Assembly: GCA_963666285.1 (NCBI GenBank)
Contig: OY762711.1
Reading direction: 5' to 3' (one strand)
Source: Sedimentisphaerales bacterium
Lineage (GTDB): Bacteria; Planctomycetota; Phycisphaerae; Sedimentisphaerales; SM23-30
DNA length: 64,000 nt
Shown here: positions 1 to 8,968 of the stretch, in pieces
Layout: each line of letters starts with the position of its first letter
Numbering within the stretch: the stretch's first letter is position 1
Program-made: the position numbers and the translations under genes
Notes under the pieces: generated by a model
Databases searched by the model: none
Told to the model about the DNA's origin: nothing
The model's input: only the letters and a program-made list of their open reading frames with translations

Positions 1-928
1 TGAAAATTGGTTTAATAAATTCCCTGACTCTTCCACGCTCATCAACGCTAACTAAATATGATTTTGGGTTTCTCTCTTTACGAATTGCTCTAATTTCTGC
101 TTTAGTTAAAATTTGTTCTGCTCGCCATGAATCTGTATCAACAAATCCTTTTGGTGTTTGGTAGTATTCTCCTTCCCATAACACATTCGCATATTCTTTC
201 CGTTTAGATTTCACAAACCCACTTACTTTATTATAAAAGCACTTTTGGTTCATACATTTACCATTCAAGACTTTACCAGTTTCAAACAGTTCTGATTGAA
301 CAGAACCATTAAACTGACAACCTTTGCAGTCTTTAGTATCAAAACACGCATCGGCTAGTGTTTGAGAAAAACTTGAATACTGTAACGCTGTTTTTGCTCG
401 TTCAACGCTGTGTTTATCTGTAATGATTACTTTTAGAAATTTCCTAGCTTCTACATTATTCATTTTCGCTAAAAGTAAAGCGTGTCCAATTTTGATTTTA
501 TTTTGAATAATCGCATCCTTTACCGTTTGAGAAAGATTAACAATTAATATCCTTCTTTTAACATAATCGACAGGCTTTCCAAGTTTCTTCGCAAGATGCT
601 CCTCTGTGTGGCTAGTTTCTACAAGATACTTCTTAAACGCCACACCTTCTTCGACAGCATTTAATTCTTTTCGTTGGATATTTTCGATTATCTTTGCTTC
701 CTCTGTTGCTTCCTTATCTAACTCAATTATCCGTACAGGAACTTTCGTAAGCCCGGCAATCTTTGAAGCACGAAGTCTTCTTTCTCCTGCAATGAGTTCG
801 TTTTTGTCATTAACAACCAAAGGCACAATAACACCTTGTTCTTTTATAGATAAGACGAGTTCATCAAGTCCTGAAAAATCTGTTCGAGGGTTTCCAATCA
901 CTTTGATTTTTCCAATTTCTAAATCCAT
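1..928 (-). CDS. ParB/Spo0J family protein, PRTRC-type; runs off the window edge and is missing from the ORF track
   Basis: Manual translation MDLEIGKIKVIGNPRTDF...LIAGERRLRASK...IENIQRKEL, then an HTH and FDTKDCKGCQFN...GKCMNQKCF; GAGGT upstream; no stop codon before position 1. Confidence 0.88.
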   Translation of the reverse strand, partial: MDLEIGKIKVIGNPRTDFSGLDELVLSIKEQGVIVPLVVNDKNELIAGERRLRASKIAGLTKVPVRIIELDKEATEEAKIIENIQRKELNAVEEGVAFKKYLVETSHTEEHLAKKLGKPVDYVKRRILIVNLSQTVKDAIIQNKIKIGHALLLAKMNNVEARKFLKVIITDKHSVERAKTALQYSSFSQTLADACFDTKDCKGCQFNGSVQSELFETGKVLNGKCMNQKCFYNKVSGFVKSKRKEYANVLWEGEYYQTPKGFVDTDSWRAEQILTKAEIRAIRKERNPKSYLVSVDERGRVREFIKPIF

Positions 929-938
929 TTTACTAACC

Positions 939-1121
939 TCAAAAAGGAGAGCCGAATACCTCGGCAATCTCATCTACAAATCTATCAAGCATCATGCTAT
1001 CCTCCCTTAAACTCATCTTTTGATTATGAGTAAACATTGTGCTTTCTTGATTTTCCGAAAGCTTTTTATTTAAGGATATTATTTCCTTTCCATTGGATTT
1101 ATTTTGTATTTTGTGGTACAT
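939..1121 (-). CDS. small hypothetical protein
   Basis: 60-aa ORF with GGAG upstream, between a repeated promoter-like motif and parB. Confidence 0.3.
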   Translation of the reverse strand: MYHKIQNKSNGKEIISLNKKLSENQESTMFTHNQKMSLREDSMMLDRFVDEIAEVFGSPF

Positions 1122-1186
1122 TTTGAATCTCCGAGTTTATGGGTGTTACCGCACCCATTTACTCTACTTCTTAGTAAGTTTAATCT

Positions 1187-1219
1187 CTTTATATACTCTA
1201 TCCGCACACTTGACCAGTG
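1187..1219 (-). promoter_or_regulatory. repeated promoter-like motif, copy 1 (TATATAAAG plus conserved CAAGTGTGCGGAT)
   Basis: 28/33 identical to 3084-3116; both copies precede minus-strand transcription units. Confidence 0.6.
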
Positions 1220-1294
1220 CCGACGACAAAATAAAAAAGTAATGGTGATAAATTCGAGATATTGACTTATTAAAACAAAAATCAATCTCACTTT

Positions 1295-2092
1295 TTAGCT
1301 TACCCACTTGTTCAAATCGTCATTATGATACTTTCCTTTTTGTATGACGATATTATTAGTTGTGGTGCGTTCTATTGTTACCTTGCGAATATCATTATTT
1401 CTATAAGATTTATCGATATATTTGTCAGGGTTACATTGTAATTTATTGACTTGTTCAAGCATAAGAACAACCATATATCTATAGTCAGTCAAAATCATCT
1501 GAATCTTACACATTTTGACACATAATGAATCAATGTCACTCCCGACAAACTCAAAGTAATCAAGACCCGCCAAACCAGCTTCTTCAATAATTACTTTTTT
1601 ACATGCCAAAAGCATCGCACCAGAGCCGACGCACGGCTCCATGATCGAACAATTTTTATTATCCACTTTAGCTTTTACTATTCTTTCTTTTACATTACCA
1701 AGATTCATTTTTGCCATCACTTCACAAATATGAAAGGGTGTAAAAAGCTGTCCTAATGCTTTGGATTTGCTAAGTGAAGCAACTTGCATATAAATTTCAC
1801 CTAGATAATCCCATATACAATAATCATAACAAAATGCTTTTATTAACAGTCCGACAATTTCAGAAGCAATTTGAACTGCTCTTTTATCCATCTTGCTAAC
1901 TGCCTGCATGTATTTTTCTTCTTCTTGTTGAAGTGCATAAAGTGCTAGGTCAATAATCTGCTCAAAAGTATTCGCCCAACCACCAAAAAGAGCATAATTT
2001 TTCTCAATCAATTTTATGATTTGCTGAACAGTATCTTTTGCGTTACCAGTTCCTTTAATTGGCTCATCCCAAGATTCGTTTATATTATCCAT
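1295..2092 (-). CDS. N6-DNA-methylase-like SAM-binding protein (short form typical of mobile elements)
   Basis: GQLFTP (motif X), EPCVGSGAML (motif I), GSDID; no NPPY catalytic motif. Confidence 0.75.
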   Translation of the reverse strand: MDNINESWDEPIKGTGNAKDTVQQIIKLIEKNYALFGGWANTFEQIIDLALYALQQEEEKYMQAVSKMDKRAVQIASEIVGLLIKAFCYDYCIWDYLGEIYMQVASLSKSKALGQLFTPFHICEVMAKMNLGNVKERIVKAKVDNKNCSIMEPCVGSGAMLLACKKVIIEEAGLAGLDYFEFVGSDIDSLCVKMCKIQMILTDYRYMVVLMLEQVNKLQCNPDKYIDKSYRNNDIRKVTIERTTTNNIVIQKGKYHNDDLNKWVS

Positions 2093-2133
2093 TTTTCACT
2101 ATATCTAAACAATGTGGCTTTATACCACAAAAA

Positions 2134-3033
2134 TTAATTTTCATGTTTTACGTTAAGGATAAAGTCTGCGGCTCTCTGTGCCTTACTAGCCGCCATCATT
2201 ACAAGCCTGTTATCGTTTGATATAGCTTTTTTCCAATTCTCAATATATGCCGCCGAATTTTCTATTGTATCGTTTTCTATTCGAGTATGTCCGCAAAGAA
2301 AACAACTTCCCATTTCTGCCACCAATTCCTCTTTTGCATATTCTCGACTTTCAAGTTTAGATTTTTTCATTACTTCAAAATTTCTATTACATCGGTTTGG
2401 GTGTGCTGTGCTGTGTATCAGTTCATGAAACAAAACACTATAATACTTTTCTTTACAAATGAATTTACTTTTTTGTGGCATATGTATTTTATCTGTTGAC
2501 GGTCTATAGTATGCCATGCCCATCCCTTCATGGTCGATTTCAGGGCAGTTTGGCATACTATTTATTACTTCTTCACATGTCTGTATTGGAGAAAATTCCA
2601 GTTTCTCGGTTTTGGCATCTTCTGGTATCTCTATTCCTTCTACTTGATCAGCATTAAATACTCTGTAATATTTAGGAACTGCAAAAGATCGTCCGACTTC
2701 CTCGCCGTTTTCGTCATCACTTTCAAACCATAACCAGAAAACAACTATTTCAGACTTTGCCCCAGCTTTAACATGTCCGCCTAACTCTTTAACCTGCTTG
2801 AATGTTAGCCAATATTGGCTTTTATATCCGTTTACAATTTGCGAAGCGTTAAGTAGCCAAGTGTTAATCCCTCGATACTTACGACGAGTTGTTAAGTTTT
2901 GTGGGAGTTCGTCATCATTCCAAGGTTGTTTCCAGGGAACGCAACCTTTATTTAATAATTCTAAAACTCTGTCTGTAATTATTTGATAAACATCTTTTTT
3001 CGGTTTTCTGGTATTATCTCTTTTCCCTTTCAT
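2134..3033 (-). CDS. ardC: ArdC-like antirestriction protein (ssDNA-binding N-terminus plus zincin-like domain)
   Basis: PWKQPW, YRGIN, WLTFKQ, VFNADQ, AYYRPSTDKIHMP, HELIHST, YAKEELVAE motifs. Confidence 0.9.
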   Translation of the reverse strand: MKGKRDNTRKPKKDVYQIITDRVLELLNKGCVPWKQPWNDDELPQNLTTRRKYRGINTWLLNASQIVNGYKSQYWLTFKQVKELGGHVKAGAKSEIVVFWLWFESDDENGEEVGRSFAVPKYYRVFNADQVEGIEIPEDAKTEKLEFSPIQTCEEVINSMPNCPEIDHEGMGMAYYRPSTDKIHMPQKSKFICKEKYYSVLFHELIHSTAHPNRCNRNFEVMKKSKLESREYAKEELVAEMGSCFLCGHTRIENDTIENSAAYIENWKKAISNDNRLVMMAASKAQRAADFILNVKHEN

Positions 3034-3083
3034 TTTTATCACGTTAAGCCTTACTTGGCTATAACATATAAGAGATAAGTGAC

Positions 3084-3116
3084 CTTTATATACCTCATCC
3101 GCACACTTGTCTAGTG
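3084..3116 (-). promoter_or_regulatory. repeated promoter-like motif, copy 2, upstream of ardC
   Basis: CTTTATATACCTCATCCGCACACTTGTCTAGTG, 28/33 identical to 1187-1219. Confidence 0.6.
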
Positions 3117-3426
3117 ACCGAATACATTAACACGACTTATTAAAACTATATCCGAGAAATTTCGCATATAATCAATATCGTTCATTAAATAATTCCATCA
3201 TATAAACGAATAATGACGTGAAGACCTTTTGGTACATAACATATTTTTTCTTTCCAAGCCCCCCGATTCTTCTGGGGGTTGGAAGAGCAAAAATCTTATT
3301 AGAAATGAAGCGAGTGCAAAGCACTTTCTATAGTCAAAACATGGGTAGCGTTTCAATTACATTATTATTTTAACCTTCCATCTTATCTCATAAATATTTA
3401 TAAACATTTGTTGCAAAAGCAACTTT

Positions 3427-4215
3427 ATGATTTCCACTAGAAAACTAATAAGTCACCTTAAGTCTTTGCCTTCAGTTAAAGGGCTTGCCTATGCAGGAGG
3501 AAAATCAAAAGGATACTTTGACAAACATTCAGACATTGATTTAATTGTCCTAATCGACGGAGGCAATCCTAAAACCTTTTTTGACAAATATGTACATACT
3601 TTGGATATAGATGTTAGCCCGCATCCACATCTGTTTTCAGAATTAAAAGTAATTCCTATCAGAACCAGTTCTGATGACCTCGATTTCAAAATTATTACTG
3701 TTAAAGAATATAGTAATATTGCCAAAACTCCATCAGGCGACTTGTTTATTGCATACACCAAAGATATTAAAATAATATATGATCCAGATGGCATCCTAAA
3801 AACTGCAAAATATAAGAAAGTAGATGAAAAAAGTTCCAAGGAAGCTCTTAAATGGATCATTGCTCTTTTAAGGGCTGAACAAATGATGGAGGTTCTTATT
3901 GAAAGAGACGATCATGTCCATATAAATAATGCATTTTCACAAATAATTGTTCAAACAGTAAAGATTGTATATATTTTGAATAAAAAACCGTTCCTGTCAA
4001 CGAAATGGTCTACAAGGGACATTGCAAAAATGAAAATTAAGCCCAGCAACTTTGATGAAGAATTAAGGATTCTAACTCTTCTCGGAAATTCTCCTGATGA
4101 AGTTAAAACCAAAGTTAAAATCATCCAAAAAGTAAGCAATGAATTATACGCTTTAATTCAGAAAATTGATCCTTCAATTGACAAAGTTAAAGAATATGCT
4201 GGCTGGAGATATTAA
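3427..4215 (+). CDS. Pol-beta superfamily nucleotidyltransferase with C-terminal helical domain
   Basis: AYAGGKSKGYFDKHSDIDL (GG in place of GS, then DxD), later DLDF acidic strand. Confidence 0.7.
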   Translation: MISTRKLISHLKSLPSVKGLAYAGGKSKGYFDKHSDIDLIVLIDGGNPKTFFDKYVHTLDIDVSPHPHLFSELKVIPIRTSSDDLDFKIITVKEYSNIAKTPSGDLFIAYTKDIKIIYDPDGILKTAKYKKVDEKSSKEALKWIIALLRAEQMMEVLIERDDHVHINNAFSQIIVQTVKIVYILNKKPFLSTKWSTRDIAKMKIKPSNFDEELRILTLLGNSPDEVKTKVKIIQKVSNELYALIQKIDPSIDKVKEYAGWRY

Positions 4216-4243
4216 AGTAGGCTGTTAACTGCCTTTATCTTTT

Positions 4244-4570
4244 CTAATCCTTTAGGTATTCAGGATATTCAAATTGTAACTGACTTTTTGCGAAAGGGCA
4301 TAATCCACGAACTAAGCCTTCAATAGATTCAGAATTAAGTCTTTCCATTTCATAATCTAACTCCATATTATTTTGATATTTAAGAGGTATTCCATTATAT
4401 ACATTAGTTTTCAAATTCGCTGATACAGCTCCATCTATATATCCTTGTATATACATCATATGCTCTGGTTCTAAAGGAAATACCCCAATCGCTGCATTAT
4501 GATAGTATAAAAACGTATAAGTATCCTTAACCTGTGCCAGGTATATATCGCTATTGCTCACTGAAGTCAT
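4244..4570 (-). CDS. hypothetical protein
   Basis: ORF of ~108 aa; TTTATAAA box 22 nt before the ATG at 4570. Confidence 0.5.
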   Translation of the reverse strand: MTSVSNSDIYLAQVKDTYTFLYYHNAAIGVFPLEPEHMMYIQGYIDGAVSANLKTNVYNGIPLKYQNNMELDYEMERLNSESIEGLVRGLCPFAKSQLQFEYPEYLKD

Positions 4571-4609
4571 AAACAAAGGTAATTTTCCTACGTTTATAAA
4601 CCTTATACA

Positions 4610-6028
4610 TCATTCAATAGAATACATCTGTACTTTCTGCCAATATGGAAATCTGTGTGAATCATCATATATTAAACCTCGTTCCTGTTCAAGATAGGAC
4701 AAGTACCCACTATCAACCCATGTGTTAGGGAATCTAAAAGGCACTTTTCTTTCCTTGCCGACAGGCTTAAGTTCTACATTAGCATTTTTAGCTGCAGATT
4801 CTGCTTCAGGTATCGCCAAATGTGAAAACTGTAAATATGTCTTTTTACCAATTATCTTACAGCGTTCAATAATATCGACAAGTAAATCAGTTCCGGCAAC
4901 AGTGGTTTTCAGTTTTAACTCTTCAAACTTATCTAATACTGGCAGATACGGTGGATTACAAACTATTAAATCATGTTTATTAAAATTAGTATTCAGCTTA
5001 GATGTAAATATACCAAGTTCAGATTTCAAATTTACATGCTTGTACTTTGATTTATTTAGATGCCAGTTTGTTACTCCATACAGATACGGCAATAATAACC
5101 AATCTGATAGAACAACCTCTTTAATGTTGGGATTTTTACTGGCAAGCATTATCCCTAAAAACCCTGTTCCAGAACCCATATCAAGCACAGAATTATATCT
5201 TTCCTCAAAGACACCTTCTTCTTCAAGAGTGTTTAACATGTAAAATGAGTCAATTGATGGAGGCCATAGCGGGTCTTCGCATTTCCAATAGAATTTAAGC
5301 CCTTCATACTTAAACATTACATGCCCATATACAAAATTATAATGTACATCTTTACCATGAGGGCTACTGTGTATCTGGCATTCATATTTCTTTGATGATG
5401 GTGTTGGAATGCCACAATGACAATCCCACATAACCAATGGCTTTTTTACTGTTATTTGTTTGGTTTTTGAACATGAATATGTGATTCTAGCCAAAGTTTT
5501 TGGAATGGTAACTGTTAATTCCGGTGTTGGAATACTATTTAGAAAAACATCTTCAAGGCTTGCTGTGTAAAAAATATCATTAAAAGCCTTAAACGAGATG
5601 TTTCGCTGCTGTATATGTTTATCTATATAGTCATAGTATTGTTCTTCAATCACTCCTCTTGGAGCAAATTTATGGTCACGGATTAAAGGTAGCAGGTTTT
5701 CGTCTATTTCCTTAAACTGCTTGGCATAATAACTAAAACTGGCTGACACATATTCTTCAGCATTGTCATTAGAGCTTGAAAGTTCGCTAAGTGTAACACC
5801 TAATGCAGCAGTCAATTTCTTTAATGTATTTCCATCGTATCGCTTTTGGACATTACTCAGACTTTCAATCTTTTTAATTGTTTTTTCACTGACACCTGAC
5901 TCATAAGCCAAATCATCGACAGTCCAGTTTTTGCGTTCTCGTAAAGTCTTAATCCTGGCTTTTATATCAGGAGTTATATCAACTCCACGACTACCAGTAT
6001 CTTTCCCTATCTTTCCATTACTTTCCAT
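4610..6028 (-). CDS. XRE-family HTH fused to a HemK/MTS-like class I SAM methyltransferase
   Basis: RIKTLRERKNWTVDDLAYESGVSEKTIKKIE (HTH); LDMGSGTG and VCNPPY; start chosen at ATG 6028. Confidence 0.8.
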   Translation of the reverse strand: MESNGKIGKDTGSRGVDITPDIKARIKTLRERKNWTVDDLAYESGVSEKTIKKIESLSNVQKRYDGNTLKKLTAALGVTLSELSSSNDNAEEYVSASFSYYAKQFKEIDENLLPLIRDHKFAPRGVIEEQYYDYIDKHIQQRNISFKAFNDIFYTASLEDVFLNSIPTPELTVTIPKTLARITYSCSKTKQITVKKPLVMWDCHCGIPTPSSKKYECQIHSSPHGKDVHYNFVYGHVMFKYEGLKFYWKCEDPLWPPSIDSFYMLNTLEEEGVFEERYNSVLDMGSGTGFLGIMLASKNPNIKEVVLSDWLLLPYLYGVTNWHLNKSKYKHVNLKSELGIFTSKLNTNFNKHDLIVCNPPYLPVLDKFEELKLKTTVAGTDLLVDIIERCKIIGKKTYLQFSHLAIPEAESAAKNANVELKPVGKERKVPFRFPNTWVDSGYLSYLEQERGLIYDDSHRFPYWQKVQMYSIE

Positions 6029-6040
6029 TACTTGCCCTAC
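6001..6040. repeat. four imperfect 10-bp tandem repeats overlapping the HTH gene start
   Basis: CTTTCCCTAT CTTTCCATTA CTTTCCATTA CTTGCCCTAC. Confidence 0.75.
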
Positions 6041-6153
6041 ATCTAATTTGAAGAATTTAATATGATCATATCTGTAATAATGATCAAAAAACCATGATTT
6101 ACAAACAAAAATTATAGCAGATTGGATTCTAGTTACCAATAGAAAACTAACCT

Positions 6154-6729
6154 ATGAACATACTGAAAAAACTCTTTAATACGCCCAAAGCACATACGCC
6201 TTTTGTTTTAGTGCCACCAGGAACAGCCAGCAAACAAACATTAAATGTTGCTTATAGTGAGGAAGAGGCAGATTTGCAGGTAATTGCTAATAGCGGCATC
6301 AGCTTCGGTACTACATCTAAGGTAATAATTGATGAAGACCAGAACACTCATAACATAAAACAGGCTAACTCCTATCTGGTCGGCTCTGCTAAAAAAGTAG
6401 TAAGTTCTTTAGATCAAATTGCAGGCGTTTGCGTATTCTGTGAAAAAGAAACTATCAAGAAATTAAAAAATATTTCTGATGATGAAGCAAGGCTCCTGGC
6501 ATTAGTAGATATTGAGTCTGCTATTAGATGTCAAAACTGCAATTGCTTGATTTGTATTTCACACTCCAAACTAGTCGAAATCGATGGCCAAAGACTGCAT
6601 GTCTGCCCAAAATGCCATAATAAATTCAAGCCTAAATTCGGGTGGTTGAAGGTATTATTCGCCTTTCTATTCTCAGGCTTAATTACTCTATTTTCTGAAG
6701 ATTCATCAAGGGGTGGTTCTCATGAATAA
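6154..6729 (+). CDS. Cys-rich putative Zn-finger protein with C-terminal transmembrane helix
   Basis: CVFC...CQNCNCLICISH...CPKC followed by hydrophobic WLKVLFAFLFSGLITLF. Confidence 0.7.
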   Translation: MNILKKLFNTPKAHTPFVLVPPGTASKQTLNVAYSEEEADLQVIANSGISFGTTSKVIIDEDQNTHNIKQANSYLVGSAKKVVSSLDQIAGVCVFCEKETIKKLKNISDDEARLLALVDIESAIRCQNCNCLICISHSKLVEIDGQRLHVCPKCHNKFKPKFGWLKVLFAFLFSGLITLFSEDSSRGGSHE

Positions 6730-8746
6730 TAAAGTCAAGTTTGACAAACTGGAAGCTGAATTAAAAGCATCTGAACTCATATATGAGCCAAGTGTGGCAT
6801 GCCTATTCGGAGTTCTTGAAAACAATTACAATCAAAACAAAAATCAAGCAATCTTTAACTCACTTTATAATCGTTTATCAGCAGTATTAAATGATAATAA
6901 GTATACCGCTAAAAGAGAACCTGATTTCTTTAAGCCATACGCACCTGAAGTATTCTGTAATGATGGTGATATACATGTTAGCACACAACCCGATGGCATC
7001 GAGTACAACATTGATGTGAACGCATTACTTAGATGTTCATTAGTATTAGGTTCACAGGGCAGTGGAAAAAACAGACTGTTAATGACATTACTGATTCAGA
7101 TCAAGACACTATACCCTGCGATCAAAATATGTGTTATCGATTTTAAGAATGGATTTAGAAATTTACATCAAAAAATTAACGCCAAAGCTATCAACTTAGA
7201 AGATCTTAGCTTAACTTTAGACCCGCCTTCTGATATGTCACAAGAGGCTTTTCTATACGAGCTAACCAGTCAAATCGCCGAATCCACAGGCATCATTTAC
7301 GGCGTTGACCTTATAAATACCGCAGCTGAAAGAGCATTAGAAAAAGCAAATGAATTGAAAAATATTACCAAAGCTGATGTCAGCTTATGCCTTAAAGATA
7401 TTTTAGATGAACTCGGTCAAATCCAGACTAAAAGCTATCGTATTGGAGGATATCTGGATGCTGCAAAAACCGCATTATCTTTCTTAATCGGCAAATCAGC
7501 ACTGTTTAGTTGCAGAAAAGGCTTATCGATAAAAGACATTGTCAAGCACAACTGCATAATTAACTGCCGATCTCTAACACATGATACCCAGGCACGCTGG
7601 TTGGTTACGCTACTATTATACTTTTTATTCCAAGAAGCCAAAAATGATGAAGAGAGCAGAACTCTTAAACGTATCATTGTCGTTGACGATGCAAATCGAG
7701 TGCTTCAAAAACAAAAGATGGGAAATACTATAAGTTCTCTCGGTAATATACTTTCTCTGCTTCGTGCTACCGGAACTGCTCTGATTGCGGCCTCGCAACT
7801 GCCAAGCCTTATAAGTCAGGATATTTTAAGCTTGAGTAAATGTATGTTTACTGTCGGTAGTATCAATGGCTCAGAGCATCTTAAAGTAATACAAAACTTT
7901 ATGGGCTTAACATACGACCAAACTAACCAGCTTACACAGTTCAAAAACCGTCAATCGCTTACATATATATCCGGCTCATCTTATAGCAAACCAATACATG
8001 GATTTGTTCCATTCGTTGAAGATTTTCCAATAACACCTCAGCATTACGAGGATTATTCAAACTTAATAACTCCCTGGCAACCATTATCAAAAATGATAAA
8101 AGAAGCTTCAACCCCAACACCTGTAAAAGAAGTTGCCAAAGAGACTCCAAAACCAAATACCACATCAGATCGACTAATCTACGACTGCATAACTTATCCA
8201 TACGAAAAAGTCAGAGAAAGAGTCAAGCGACTCGGCATGTCAGTTCGCATATATGAAACCTCAATGAATGCTGCAATAAATGAAGGTTATCTTGAAAGAT
8301 CTTCCGCTGGTAAAAGTGTCTTTTTAATTGCTACACCAAAGGCGTTTACTAAATACAACATACCTTCTCCATACGCAAGAAGTACATCTATAACTCATGC
8401 TTTTTACACTAATCTTACTGCATATACACTTAAACAAATGTCAAATATTCAAAATGTGAAGACAGAACTTCCCATTGGAGCAAAAGGTCAAACCATTGAT
8501 GTTGTTTGCACTGACTCAGATGGAAAGATGATGGCAATTGAGTTTACCCAGAGCACCTCTAATTTGCTCGCAAACGCATCTAAACTCCAGGATACCGCAT
8601 ATTCCACCATCATGTGGTTATGTAAGGACGCTGCAACTGCAAATTCTGTAAAGGCATATTTTAATAAAAACACTTCATTAAGTGAATCGTTCAAAAGTAA
8701 ATTCAAATTCGTAAACATAGCTAACTTCATGAAAGGAAAGTTTTAA
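6722..8746 (+). CDS. HerA/FtsK/VirB4-superfamily P-loop ATPase with C-terminal wHTH and PD-(D/E)xK-like domain
   Basis: Walker A GSQGSGKN, VIDFK, Walker B IIVVDDA, LRATG...ASQLPS; C-terminal H...E...IDV...AIE; ATG overlaps the upstream stop. Confidence 0.8.
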   Translation: MNNKVKFDKLEAELKASELIYEPSVACLFGVLENNYNQNKNQAIFNSLYNRLSAVLNDNKYTAKREPDFFKPYAPEVFCNDGDIHVSTQPDGIEYNIDVNALLRCSLVLGSQGSGKNRLLMTLLIQIKTLYPAIKICVIDFKNGFRNLHQKINAKAINLEDLSLTLDPPSDMSQEAFLYELTSQIAESTGIIYGVDLINTAAERALEKANELKNITKADVSLCLKDILDELGQIQTKSYRIGGYLDAAKTALSFLIGKSALFSCRKGLSIKDIVKHNCIINCRSLTHDTQARWLVTLLLYFLFQEAKNDEESRTLKRIIVVDDANRVLQKQKMGNTISSLGNILSLLRATGTALIAASQLPSLISQDILSLSKCMFTVGSINGSEHLKVIQNFMGLTYDQTNQLTQFKNRQSLTYISGSSYSKPIHGFVPFVEDFPITPQHYEDYSNLITPWQPLSKMIKEASTPTPVKEVAKETPKPNTTSDRLIYDCITYPYEKVRERVKRLGMSVRIYETSMNAAINEGYLERSSAGKSVFLIATPKAFTKYNIPSPYARSTSITHAFYTNLTAYTLKQMSNIQNVKTELPIGAKGQTIDVVCTDSDGKMMAIEFTQSTSNLLANASKLQDTAYSTIMWLCKDAATANSVKAYFNKNTSLSESFKSKFKFVNIANFMKGKF

Positions 8747-8958
8747 TGAGTATAAAAAAGATATTTTCAATAGTACTGATTATTCTGTTTTTCATTAATT
8801 TTAACAAAATAGTCCTTAATGCACTCGAACCAATCTATGACTGGTTATGTAATAGCCTATCCTATATCAATCGTTGGGACAAGAATTTTCAATCTATTTT
8901 AGCTCTCATAATCGTAACTGTTTTTTTTGTTCTAATTATCAAACTATTTAGTAAATGA
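8746..8958 (+). CDS. small two-TM membrane protein
   Basis: TAATG overlap with the ATPase gene; two hydrophobic segments; ends KLFSK. Confidence 0.7.
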   Translation: MSIKKIFSIVLIILFFINFNKIVLNALEPIYDWLCNSLSYINRWDKNFQSILALIIVTVFFVLIIKLFSK

Positions 8959-8968
8959 AAGGCAAATA

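Noticed and set aside
606..1010. 134-aa plus-strand ORF
   Set aside because: Antisense shadow of the parB gene
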